A DNA stretch of 12,106 bases from Candidatus Sericytochromatia bacterium (GCA_036676985.1 JAKFBU010000040.1:1-12106); one strand, 5' to 3'. Counted from the first letter of the stretch, positions 1 through 7,980 are shown. Program-made: numbers and translations. The notes: a model not told the origin generated them from the letters alone.

Positions 1-96
1 GGTCCCACCCGTTCCCATCCCGAACACGGTCGTGAAACGCGTCAGCAGCAACGATATTGCCCGGGCAGCTGGGTGAGAAAATAGCCCGCCGCCAGA
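1..96 (+). rRNA. rrf: 5S rRNA, 5'-truncated by the window edge
   Basis: Contains the 5S hallmarks CCCATCCCGAACAC and GTGAAAC and the 3' end CGCCGCCAG. The 3' boundary is approximate. Confidence 0.95.
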
Positions 97-104
97 ATCT
101 TTAA

Positions 105-167
105 GCCCTCGAGGCGCCTCCCCATCCTGTGCTTTAGCCGCAGGCGCTGGGTCGAGGCGCCTCGGGC
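105..167 (+). terminator. Long hairpin directly after the 5S gene, possibly the rRNA operon terminator or a processing stem
   Basis: GCCC-TC-GAGGCGCCTC (105-120) pairs with GAGGCGCCTCGGGC (154-167), with inner stems CCCA/TGGG and CCTGTG/CGCAGG. There is no clear U-tract. Confidence 0.5.
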
Positions 168-251
168 CGTTCTGGGGTCCGTGCCGCCAATTGAGCCTTG
201 ATGGCCGTGCTACGATCGAGACTGGGGATGGAACCGAAAGGAGGACCCTCC

Positions 252-824
252 GTGCACACCGCTCCGTCGGAGCTCTCCATCCGGCAAGAGTCCGTGCTCC
301 TGCGGCCGCACACCTGGGCGAACCTCGAACGCTTCATGGTCTGGTACGCGGACCCCGAGCTGGCCCGCCTCACCCGGCACGACCAGACGCCCCTCACGCC
401 CGGTCAGATTCGGCTCTACTTCGAGAGCGCGGTCCTGCCGAGCTCCGAAGCCGGGCACAGCTTCGGCATCCACACCGTGGACTCGGGCGAACTGATCGGC
501 ACCATCGCCCTCACGGACTTCACCGAAGACGGGCGCTTCGCCACCCTGCGGATCCTCATCGGGGAGTCCGCCTACTGGGGGCGCGGCTACGGCACTTCCG
601 CCGTGCGCCTGATCGCGCAGTACGGCTTCGACGTCCTGGGCCTGCACGAGATCGTGCTCGGCGTCTTCGACTTCAACGAGCGCGCCGTCCGCTCCTACGA
701 GAAGGTCGGCTTCCGCAAGGCCTCGACGGTGCGCCTCTCCATGCCCCTCGGACTCCCGCCCGCCAACGAGCTCCTCATGGTCCTCGACGCCCCCGCCTTC
801 CAGAAAGCGATCGCCACCCGTTGA
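252..824 (+). CDS. GNAT family N-acetyltransferase (RimJ/RimL-like)
   Basis: Acetyl-CoA motif A (YWGRGYGTSA) and the C-terminal FNERAVRSYEKVGF motif. Start placed at GTG 252 because AAGGAGG lies just upstream; the ORF track start is 198. Confidence 0.9.
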   Translation: MHTAPSELSIRQESVLLRPHTWANLERFMVWYADPELARLTRHDQTPLTPGQIRLYFESAVLPSSEAGHSFGIHTVDSGELIGTIALTDFTEDGRFATLRILIGESAYWGRGYGTSAVRLIAQYGFDVLGLHEIVLGVFDFNERAVRSYEKVGFRKASTVRLSMPLGLPPANELLMVLDAPAFQKAIATR

Positions 825-1609
825 CCTTCGACCCCGCCCGTTACCACGCCCACCTCACGACCCGCTGGCTCGGCCGGCCCCTCGAGCATGCCCCCGAGAT
901 CGACTCCACCAGCAGCCACCTGAAGCGCCTGGCCCGCAGCGGCGCAGAGCCGCTCGAGCCCGGCCGCACCGTGCTCGCGGACGCGCAGACCGCGGGCTAC
1001 GGTCAGCAGGGGCGCAGCTGGGTCTCGGGCGAGACGCGCGGTCTCTACGTCTCGACCTGGCTCCCCGCCCGGGTGATCGCCACCCCCTTCACCCTAGTCG
1101 CGGGCGTCGCCCTCGCCGGGGCCCTGCGCGAGCTCACGGGCAGCCCGGCCATCGGGCTCAAGTGGGTGAACGACCTGGTCGCCCATGGGCGCAAACTCGG
1201 CGGCCTGCTCGCGGAGGTCGTCGGCTCCCCGACGCTGCCCGAGCGCCCGCATGGCCTGATTCTCGGCATCGGCCTCAATCTCATGCCCCCGGGGCTCGAG
1301 GAGGCCATCGCCCTATCCGAGCTCGGCCCCGTGCCCTCGCGCGAAGAGCTACTCGCCACCTTGTGGAACCACCTGGAGCGCGAGATCGAGCGCCAGGAGA
1401 CGGAGGGGACGGCCCCCTTGCTCGAGGGCTGGCGCTCCTACGCCGTCACGCTGGGCACCTCCGTGCGCGTCCAACGCCACGCCGAGGTCGTCGAGGGCCT
1501 CGCCGAGGACATCTCGGAGACGGGTGCCCTGCTCGTCCGGCAGGCCGACGGGAGCGTGCGCGCCATCGAGAGCGGGACGGTCCGACGCGCGGACGGACGC
1601 TACTGCTAG
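821..1609 (+). CDS. birA: Biotin--[acetyl-CoA-carboxylase] ligase, no N-terminal HTH (group I)
   Basis: IDSTS, ADAQTAGYGQQGRSW, LKWVNDL, RKLGGLL, ILGIGLN and a C-terminal SH3-like region (GLAEDISETGALLV). TTG 821 overlaps the GNAT stop (TTGA). The 191-820 extension is shadow frame. Confidence 0.9.
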   Translation: MTFDPARYHAHLTTRWLGRPLEHAPEIDSTSSHLKRLARSGAEPLEPGRTVLADAQTAGYGQQGRSWVSGETRGLYVSTWLPARVIATPFTLVAGVALAGALRELTGSPAIGLKWVNDLVAHGRKLGGLLAEVVGSPTLPERPHGLILGIGLNLMPPGLEEAIALSELGPVPSREELLATLWNHLEREIERQETEGTAPLLEGWRSYAVTLGTSVRVQRHAEVVEGLAEDISETGALLVRQADGSVRAIESGTVRRADGRYC

Positions 1610-1713
1610 CTGTGACGGAGCGCATAGTGAGGCGGCTCGCGCCCCCTTACACTGAGATCGTCGGGTAGGCGATCGTGCCTCGACCCGCAAGCCAGGCACG
1701 AGGTGCGCAATCG

Positions 1714-1974
1714 GTGTTTGCGATCCATACCATCGAGATCGAGCGCTGCGATAGCAAGGCGTTTTGCGGCACGCTGGAGTACCGGGCGCCGCGCCGCGTG
1801 GGCACGCTCCTCTGGACCGTCGAGTGGCGCGAGACCCCCGAGGTGCTCGTCGAGTTCTTCCCGGGCGGCGCCTTCGAGGACGTCGACCTGGTACGCGACC
1901 ACCAGGACCTCTTGATCAACGGCCTGCTCGACACCCTCACCGAGCGGCTCGGGCGCGAGACCCTCTTCACCTAG
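1714..1974 (+). CDS. Hypothetical protein, about 86 aa
   Basis: Globular-looking composition, GC3-rich codons, and GAGGTG upstream of GTG 1714. It fills the gap between birA and the MgtC-family gene. Confidence 0.65.
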   Translation: MFAIHTIEIERCDSKAFCGTLEYRAPRRVGTLLWTVEWRETPEVLVEFFPGGAFEDVDLVRDHQDLLINGLLDTLTERLGRETLFT

Positions 1975-2630
1975 AAGTCCTCCTCCGGCTCGGACCACTC
2001 GACCTCGGAGGCCCCGCGCTCGACCAGCCGGGCGGCGAGGGCCGCCACGACCTCTTCGCTGGCGCCGAGGAACGTCACGGACAGCCGGACCCGCTGACCG
2101 TCGCTCGTCCGGATCCACTCCCCCCGCCTGACCTTCCCCCCGCTCTCTTTGAGCAGCTCCGTGATCTCGTCGCTCTCCTCCGGGGCATGCGAGACCCTCA
2201 TGCGGAAGCTCTGGCGCTTGCGCCTGCTCGGCAGGAAGAACTCGAGGTGCTCGAAGAACAGGAGCACCACGAGCACGATGGCCGTCACCAGCGCCGCAAA
2301 GCCGTACCACCCCACGCCGACGGCCATGGCCACGCTCATGGTGACCCAGAGGGTCGCCGCCGTGGTGACGCCGCGCACGAAGTGGCCGCGTTGTAAAATC
2401 GCGCCCGCGCCAATGAAGCCGACGCCCGACACGATCTGGGCGGCGATGCGGCTCGGGTCGCCGCCCGCGAAGGCATGCATCGAGAGGTGGGTCAGCAAGG
2501 TCGTGCCCACCCCCACCAGGACGTGGGTCCGGAACCCCGCGGACTTGTTGCGCCACTCGCGCTCCATGCCGATGATCCCGGTGAGCACGGTGCTGACGAG
2601 GAGCTCGAGCGCCAGGACACCAATCTCCAT
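1971..2630 (-). CDS. MgtC/SapB family membrane protein with probable C-terminal ACT-like domain
   Basis: IIGMERE, SAGFRTHVLV, DPSRIAAQIVSGVGFIGAGAI and VRGVTTAATLW are MgtC motifs. GGAGG lies upstream of the ATG. Confidence 0.93.
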   Translation of the reverse strand: MEIGVLALELLVSTVLTGIIGMEREWRNKSAGFRTHVLVGVGTTLLTHLSMHAFAGGDPSRIAAQIVSGVGFIGAGAILQRGHFVRGVTTAATLWVTMSVAMAVGVGWYGFAALVTAIVLVVLLFFEHLEFFLPSRRKRQSFRMRVSHAPEESDEITELLKESGGKVRRGEWIRTSDGQRVRLSVTFLGASEEVVAALAARLVERGASEVEWSEPEEDF

Positions 2631-2820
2631 GCGGCCCTCCTGGGCTCCATCTTGCCGGGTCCCGCCCGCCCCTGGCAGCCACCCGGCGGCCGAAAGTCTC
2701 CGGCACTTTGGCCAACCCTGGCCATATCGGCCAGAATTCTTTGTGCAAAGCTCACATCAAGGAAGCTCAAGAGTTGGGTATAAGGTCGGTAACGACATCG
2801 ATGTTATGTCGGGAATCGCA

Positions 2821-2960
2821 GCCGGGACCACCTGTAGCTGCTAGCGAATTGGAGAAGCCATGCGACTACGCCTTCGTGCAGTCCACGCTTCCAGCACCCC
2901 TCGCCCCAAACGTCGTATCGACGGGTGGGCGAGGGGTGTCTCGCTAGTTACGGCCCCGGC
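2821..2960. ncRNA. Candidate structured RNA (three-way junction), family unknown
   Basis: Nested complementary segments 2821-2829/2952-2960, 2841-2847/2941-2947, 2850-2858/2887-2893, 2895-2906/2927-2938 and 2911-2915/2919-2923. Confidence 0.4.
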
Positions 2961-2996
2961 GTAGTTCGAAGCCACAGAGCGGAGAGGAGCGAGCCA

Positions 2997-4415
2997 ATGA
3001 GGTTGCACTTCCTGGGAGCTGCCCAGACGGTCACCGGTTCAGCCTACCTGTTGGAGACGCGCAAGCAACGATTCTTGATCGACGCGGGGCTCTCCCAGGG
3101 ATCAGCCCGCTCGCATGACCTCAACGCGCGGGCCCTGCCCTTCAACCCGCGGCACCTGGACGGCATCATCCTCACCCACGCCCACGCCGACCACAGCGGG
3201 CTGATTCCCCGGCTGGTGGCCGAGGGCTTCCGCGGCCCCATCTACGCCACCCCTCCCACCATCGACCTGTGCCGGATCATCCTGCCGGACGCGGGCACCA
3301 TCCAGGAAGAGGACGCCAAGGCCGAGAACAAGTGGCGCCGCAAGTACGGCAAGAATCTGCTGACGCCGCTCTACACCAAACAGCAGGCGGAGCTTGCCCT
3401 CAAGTACTTCGAGCGTCAGCCCTACTTCAAGACCACGTCCATCGGGCGCAACGTGCGCCTGACCTTCCACGACGCGGGCCACATCCTGGGCTCCAGCATC
3501 GTCGAGCTGGAGGTCGAGGGCACGCGGCTCGTCTTCTCGGGGGACCTCGGCAACAAGAACAACCAGCTGCTGCGGGATCCCTCGATCATCCATCAGGCGG
3601 ACTACCTCATCACGGAGTCGACCTACGGCAACCGCTGCCACGGCTCCATCGCCAAGCGCATCGCCAAGCTGACCGAGGTCATCAACACGGCCAAGGGCCC
3701 CATCATCATCCCGGCGTTCGCCGTCGAGCGTACCCAGGAGCTGCTCTTCGACCTCTACAACCTGATCGAGCGCGGCCTCATCCCGGCCCTGCCCATCTAC
3801 GTGGACAGCCCGATGGCCGTGTCGGCCACGGCCGTCTTCGAGAAGCACCCCAACGTCCTGCCCCCGCGGATCCAGGCCATGTTCCGGCGCCGGTCGCCGC
3901 TCGACATGCCCAACCTCCAGATGATCCGGGACCCCGAGGTCTCGGCCAGGCTCAACAAGATGAACGAGCCCTGCATCATCATCTCGGCGAGCGGCATGTG
4001 CGAGGGCGGTCGCATCCGGCACCACCTCTACCACCACCTGCCGGATCCCGACTCGACGGTGCTCTTCGTGGGCTACCAGGCCGAGCGGACGCTGGGCCGC
4101 AAGATCCGGGACGGGGCCACGGCCGTGACGCTCTTCAACGAGACGGTGCCGGTGCGCGCCCGGGTGACGGCCATCGACGCCTACTCGGCCCACGCGGATT
4201 CGGACGGGCTCATGGACTGGATCGGGGCCATCCAGGAGGCGCCGGCGCTGACCTTCATCACGCACGGGGAGCTGTCGGCCAGCGAGGCCCTGGCGGAGCG
4301 CCTGGCCGAGGAGCTCGGACTGATCTCGGTCATCCCGGCGCCCGGCGAGGTGTACGAACTCCTGCCGGCGTCTTCCAGCGCCTCGACCCTGCGTCCGAGG
4401 GCTGAAAGCGCCTAG
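2997..4415 (+). CDS. MBL-fold metallo-hydrolase with beta-CASP domain (Ysh1/TTHA0252-like putative ribonuclease)
   Basis: FLGAAQTVTGS, LTHAHADHSG (HxHxDH), AGHILGS, FSGDLG, ESTYGNR, FAVERTQE, SASGMCEGGRI, YSAHAD and THGE. GAGGAG precedes ATG 2997. Confidence 0.95.
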   Translation: MRLHFLGAAQTVTGSAYLLETRKQRFLIDAGLSQGSARSHDLNARALPFNPRHLDGIILTHAHADHSGLIPRLVAEGFRGPIYATPPTIDLCRIILPDAGTIQEEDAKAENKWRRKYGKNLLTPLYTKQQAELALKYFERQPYFKTTSIGRNVRLTFHDAGHILGSSIVELEVEGTRLVFSGDLGNKNNQLLRDPSIIHQADYLITESTYGNRCHGSIAKRIAKLTEVINTAKGPIIIPAFAVERTQELLFDLYNLIERGLIPALPIYVDSPMAVSATAVFEKHPNVLPPRIQAMFRRRSPLDMPNLQMIRDPEVSARLNKMNEPCIIISASGMCEGGRIRHHLYHHLPDPDSTVLFVGYQAERTLGRKIRDGATAVTLFNETVPVRARVTAIDAYSAHADSDGLMDWIGAIQEAPALTFITHGELSASEALAERLAEELGLISVIPAPGEVYELLPASSSASTLRPRAESA

Positions 4416-4439
4416 ACATGACATAATTACCCCCCGCTG

Positions 4440-4448
4440 TGCTACTAT
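4440..4448 (+). promoter_or_regulatory. Possible extended -10 promoter for the phosphatase gene
   Basis: TGcTACTAT lies just upstream of the GGAGG RBS (4456-4460). There is no convincing -35 at 17 bp. Confidence 0.35.
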
Positions 4449-4465
4449 GGGGCCGGGAGGTGTGC

Positions 4466-6112
4466 ATGCCCCAGCTGATGCTGCCCCGGCTCCGGCTTCA
4501 GACCCGCATGGCCCTGGTCTTTCTGGCCATGGCGAGCGTTCTGCTGGTCGGTACGATCGGGGCCTACTACTTCACGGCCACCCACACGTTCCGCGAGGAG
4601 CTCCGCGAGCGTCTCATGGGGACGGCGAGCACCACGGCGACGCTCATCGACGGGGCCGAGCACGGCGCCCTCAAGAGCGAGCAGGATCCAGCCTACTTGC
4701 GGATCCAGGCGCTCCTGAAGCGCATCAAGGCCGCCAACCCGGAGGTCCGATACCTCTACACCATGCGGCTGGACGACTCGGGCACCTGGAGGTTCGTGGT
4801 CGACGCGACGCCCTCCGGAGACCCGGATCACAGCGCCATCAACGAGGCCTACACGCCGGACGACGAGGAGGCCCTCGTCTCCATGCGGCAGGGGCTCGAG
4901 GGTAACGCCGCCGACCAGACGTTCCACAGCGACAAGTACGGCACCTGGCTCTCGGGCTATGCGCCCATCAAGGACATCAACGGCCGGGTGTACGGCATGG
5001 TCGGCGTGGACATGAGCGCCAAGCGCATCCTGCGCGAGGAGGGGCGGCTCATCCAGATGGCCCTCTTCATCCTGGTGGCGGGCTTCTTCTTCGCGCTCCT
5101 GACGAGCCTCTGGCTCGCACGCCTCCTGACCCGTCCGGTGAACCAGCTCGTCGCTGGTACCCAGCGGGTCGCCGACGGCGACCTCACGGTGCGCGTGCCG
5201 CAGGAGCGCAGCGACGAGCTGGGCGATCTCGCCCGGTCGTTCAACGAGATGATCGGGGCGATCGCCACCCACCGCGAGGAGCTCAAGGAAACCGAGCGCA
5301 TGAGCCAGGAGCTCGCGACGGCCCGCAAGATCCAGCAGGCCATGCTGCCGGCGGCGGCCCCCTTCGACAAGTCGCTCAACATCGACTTCTACCTCGAGAC
5401 CTCCACCGAGGTGGGTGGAGACTACTTCGATTTCCTGCCCCTCGGCGAGAGCAAGCTCGCGTTCGTCATCGGCGACGTCACGGGCCACGGCGTGCCCGCG
5501 GCCCTCTTGATGGCCGTCATCAAGAGCTGCCTCCACACGCAGGTTTTGACCAACCACAAGGTCGCCGACGTCATGACCATCGCCAACAGCATCCTGCATC
5601 AGAGCAGCTTCGAGCGCCGGTTCATGACGTTCTTCTACTCGATCCTGGACACGGAGACCGGGCGGCTGACGTACGCGAACGCCGGCCACCTCTACCCGTA
5701 CCTCTACCGGCAGGCCACCGGCGAGTTGTACACCCTGGAGATGGCTTCCTACCCGCTCGGCGTGCGGCCCATGCTCGTGGTCAACGAGAAGGAAGTCATG
5801 CTCGAGCACGGGGACGTGCTGTTCTTCTACTCGGACGGCATCATCGAGGCCAAGAACCCGGAGGGCGAGGAGTTCGGCTTCGAGCGGCTCGAGCAGCTCA
5901 TCCGCGCCCACGGCCACCGCACGGCGGAGAGCGTCAAGGCGAAGCTCCTGGAGGAGTGGAAGGCCTTCGTCTACGCCGGCGCCACGCCGGAGCAGCTGAC
6001 GGGCCCCTTGGCGCTGCGGGCGGACGACGACGTGACCATCGTGGTCGTGAAGTACGCCCCGAACGGCAAGGGTACGCAGCCCTTCCCGATCTCGAGCGAG
6101 GCGCTGTCGTAG
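4466..6112 (+). CDS. Membrane-bound PP2C/SpoIIE (RsbU-like) serine phosphatase with extracytoplasmic Cache-like sensor and HAMP domain
   Basis: Two TM helices flank a sensor region (DKYGTWLSGYAPI...GMVGVD). HAMP motif RSDELGDLARSFNEM. PP2C motifs VGGDYFD, IGDVTGHG, YANAGH, YSDGIIE and DDDVT. GGAGG precedes ATG 4466. Confidence 0.95.
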   Translation: MPQLMLPRLRLQTRMALVFLAMASVLLVGTIGAYYFTATHTFREELRERLMGTASTTATLIDGAEHGALKSEQDPAYLRIQALLKRIKAANPEVRYLYTMRLDDSGTWRFVVDATPSGDPDHSAINEAYTPDDEEALVSMRQGLEGNAADQTFHSDKYGTWLSGYAPIKDINGRVYGMVGVDMSAKRILREEGRLIQMALFILVAGFFFALLTSLWLARLLTRPVNQLVAGTQRVADGDLTVRVPQERSDELGDLARSFNEMIGAIATHREELKETERMSQELATARKIQQAMLPAAAPFDKSLNIDFYLETSTEVGGDYFDFLPLGESKLAFVIGDVTGHGVPAALLMAVIKSCLHTQVLTNHKVADVMTIANSILHQSSFERRFMTFFYSILDTETGRLTYANAGHLYPYLYRQATGELYTLEMASYPLGVRPMLVVNEKEVMLEHGDVLFFYSDGIIEAKNPEGEEFGFERLEQLIRAHGHRTAESVKAKLLEEWKAFVYAGATPEQLTGPLALRADDDVTIVVVKYAPNGKGTQPFPISSEALS

Positions 6113-6124
6113 CTTAGGAGTTCT

Positions 6125-6294
6125 AAGGAGACCCCCCGGCCCCCCCTCTAGAGGGGGGTTGGATCATGGGAGGTTGGAAAGCAGGGTTGCTGCGTTGGAT
6201 CTTGGCTGTGGCTATTCCGCCGGATCTTGGCTATAACCGCCCCTCCCAAGAGCTTCCCCCCCTCTTTGAGGGGGGGTTAGGGGGGGTCCTCCTT
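6125..6294. repeat. REP-doublet / MITE-like element with C/G-tract terminal inverted repeats
   Basis: Left arm AAGGAGACCCCCCGGCCCCCCCTCTAGAGGGGGG (6125-6158) is an imperfect inverted copy of 6256-6294, and each arm is itself a hairpin. Inner IR TGGGAGG/CCTCCCA and direct repeat GGATCTTGGCT (6197-6207, 6222-6232). Confidence 0.8.
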
Positions 6295-6308
6295 GTTATG
6301 AACGGAAG

Positions 6309-6650
6309 CTAACCCTTCCGGGCGGCGATCTTCAGCGACTTCTCGCAGTTGAAGCAGGGAAAGCTCGTCACGTCCTGCAGGATCTGGTTGACCTCGCCGC
6401 ACTGGGGGCACTTGATCGAGCGGGTCTTGGCGCCGATCCCCGTGTAGACCCGGAACGCGCCGTAGCCCACGAGCACCAGTGCCATCAGGGTCATGGTGAG
6501 CCCCATCTGGCGCATGAGCTCCACGTCGAGGCCGAAGCCGATCCCGAGCGTGAGCAGGCCCAGCACGAGCATCACGATACCGCCCGAGATACGGCCGATG
6601 CCGGGGCTCACGAGGTCGAAGCGGGTCTTGGGTTCGTTGGGGCTGGCCAC
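6309..6650 (-). CDS. Small membrane protein with two TM helices and a C-terminal CxxC...CxxC zinc ribbon (YgzB/DUF2614-like architecture)
   Basis: Two hydrophobic helices followed by CPQC and CFNC. GTG start with AGGAG upstream. The family call rests on architecture only. Confidence 0.75.
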   Translation of the reverse strand: MASPNEPKTRFDLVSPGIGRISGGIVMLVLGLLTLGIGFGLDVELMRQMGLTMTLMALVLVGYGAFRVYTGIGAKTRSIKCPQCGEVNQILQDVTSFPCFNCEKSLKIAARKG

Positions 6651-6897
6651 GGGGTCTCCTCGCCGTCAGGGAATGGGCATGACACCCTACGTATTCCCTC
6701 GGCCGATCCGTTTTAATCTAGGCGTGGCGCGTATGTAGAAGGTGTCGTCCTGTGACGGCGCTCCTTGACGGGGCGCTCCCCTTCTGGGATAACAGGCGAT
6801 GGTTCGCCGCCCAGCGGCGATCCATGGAACCCTTCGCGGGTTCGCCTCGTCTCACCCTTGACTCAACACTCGGTACCCGCGACGTGAAAGGAGCCCC

Positions 6898-7506
6898 ATG
6901 TTCCGGTTGATTTCGCTGCTCCAGGCTGGCGGCTGGACGATCATCCCCATCCTCTTGGCCTCGATCGCCACCCTCGCCCTCATCTTCGAGTGCGCCTGGA
7001 CCCTCAGCAAGTCCCGCAAGCGCTTCGAAGCGTTCATGATCAACCCCAAGGCTCCGAACCTGATGCCGGGCGATCGCGCCGACGCCGTCTCGACGCTCGT
7101 CAGCTACCGCCTCGCGCACCCGCAGGCCAAGGCCGAGGAGATCCGCGCCTACGCGGAGCTGGCCTTCGGCCCCCTGGACCGCAAGGTCGGCTGGCTCAAC
7201 ACCATCGCCGCCATCGCGCCCCTCCTGGGCCTCATCGGCACGGTCTCGGGCATGATCCACAACTTCTCGGTGGTCGCCTCGACCCGTCCGACCAACCCGC
7301 TGGCGCAGCTCTCGGCCGGTATCTCGGAGGCGCTCATCGCTACCGCGGGCGGCCTCCTGGTGGCCATCGTCGCGGCCCTCGCCTTCCACACGCTCACCAA
7401 CCGCATCGACGCCCTGATGGGCACGGTCCTCGGCGCGCTCACCGCGCAGCCGGCTCCGGAGCGCCCCTCCAAGGGCATGCCGGGGGAGGTCACCTTTGGT
7501 TCGTAG
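6898..7506 (+). CDS. MotA/TolQ/ExbB proton channel family protein
   Basis: LNTIAAIAPLLGLIGTVSGMI and LSAGISEALIATAGGLLVAI. AAGGAG RBS. Confidence 0.93.
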   Translation: MFRLISLLQAGGWTIIPILLASIATLALIFECAWTLSKSRKRFEAFMINPKAPNLMPGDRADAVSTLVSYRLAHPQAKAEEIRAYAELAFGPLDRKVGWLNTIAAIAPLLGLIGTVSGMIHNFSVVASTRPTNPLAQLSAGISEALIATAGGLLVAIVAALAFHTLTNRIDALMGTVLGALTAQPAPERPSKGMPGEVTFGS

Positions 7507-7900
7507 ATCCCGCCGCGGGCGCCAGAACATCCGGTTCGAGCTCATCCCGATGATCGACGTGTTCATGATCATCACGCTCTTCCTGACGGTCATGGCGTTC
7601 CTGCCCCAGATCTCGGACTCGCTCAAGGCGGAGCTGCCCACGAGCCAGACCGCGGAGAAGACGCCGCCGTCCCTGGTGGTCCAGCTCTCGGGCGACGGCC
7701 GCATCCACTTCCAGGAGCAGGTCGTCGAGCCCGTGACCCTGCAGGCGAAGCTGAAGGCGGCGATCGCCGAGAAGCCCGACACGGCCGTCATCATCGCGGC
7801 CGACAAGAACATCCCCTACGAGAAGGTCGTGAACCTGATCGATCAGCTCAAGGTCAGCGGCGTGAAGCGTCTCGCCCTGGCCACGGCGCCCCAGCCGTAG
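7496..7900 (+). CDS. ExbD/TolR family biopolymer transport protein
   Basis: ELIPMIDVFMII with the conserved TM Asp, and VIIAADKNIPYEKVVNLID. The TTG start overlaps the 3' end of the ExbB-like gene. Confidence 0.93.
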   Translation: MVRRSRRGRQNIRFELIPMIDVFMIITLFLTVMAFLPQISDSLKAELPTSQTAEKTPPSLVVQLSGDGRIHFQEQVVEPVTLQAKLKAAIAEKPDTAVIIAADKNIPYEKVVNLIDQLKVSGVKRLALATAPQP

Positions 7901-7904
7901 TAGC

Positions 7905-7933
7905 TTGACCCCGTCGGGGGTCTGGGGTAGCCT
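7905..7933 (+). promoter_or_regulatory. Sigma70-type promoter upstream of gdx/sugE
   Basis: TTGACC (7905-7910), 17-bp spacer, TAGCCT (7928-7933). The dyad GACCCC-GTCG-GGGGTC (7907-7922) overlaps it. Confidence 0.6.
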
Positions 7934-7980
7934 CTAACGTAGCCACCCGAGGGTGCCAATGGCGGCGAGCGATCGTCGTA

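Noticed and set aside
191-820. Apparent long N-terminal extension of BirA (472-aa ORF)
   Set aside because: Arg/Pro/His-rich shadow of the GNAT gene. BirA homology begins at TTG 821.
2742-2756. TGTGC-AAAGC-TCACA as a CRP/FNR-type site
   Set aside because: The spacer is 5 bp rather than 6 and one half-site is mismatched.
3102-5917. Long antisense and alternate-frame ORFs (3102-4424, 3269-4405, 4445-5917 and similar ones elsewhere)
   Set aside because: These are mirror ORFs expected from strong GC3 bias, with no motifs and full overlap with well-supported genes.
6197-6240. Short direct repeat GGATCTTGGCT as a possible CRISPR remnant
   Set aside because: Only two 11-bp units 25 bp apart, inside the REP-doublet element, and no cas genes.
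6794-6850. GGCGATGGTTCGCC resembling the start of a fluoride (crcB) riboswitch
   Set aside because: The loop is too short for the GGAGU pseudoknot segment and there is no downstream UGAUGAC/UAAUGAC. It is better explained as the simple hairpin TCGCCGC/GCGGCGA.
7905-7935. MerR-type promoter suggested by the ACCCC-N11-GGGGT dyad next to TTGACC
   Set aside because: The best -10 is at 17 bp, not the 19-20 bp typical of MerR-activated promoters, and no regulator gene is adjacent.
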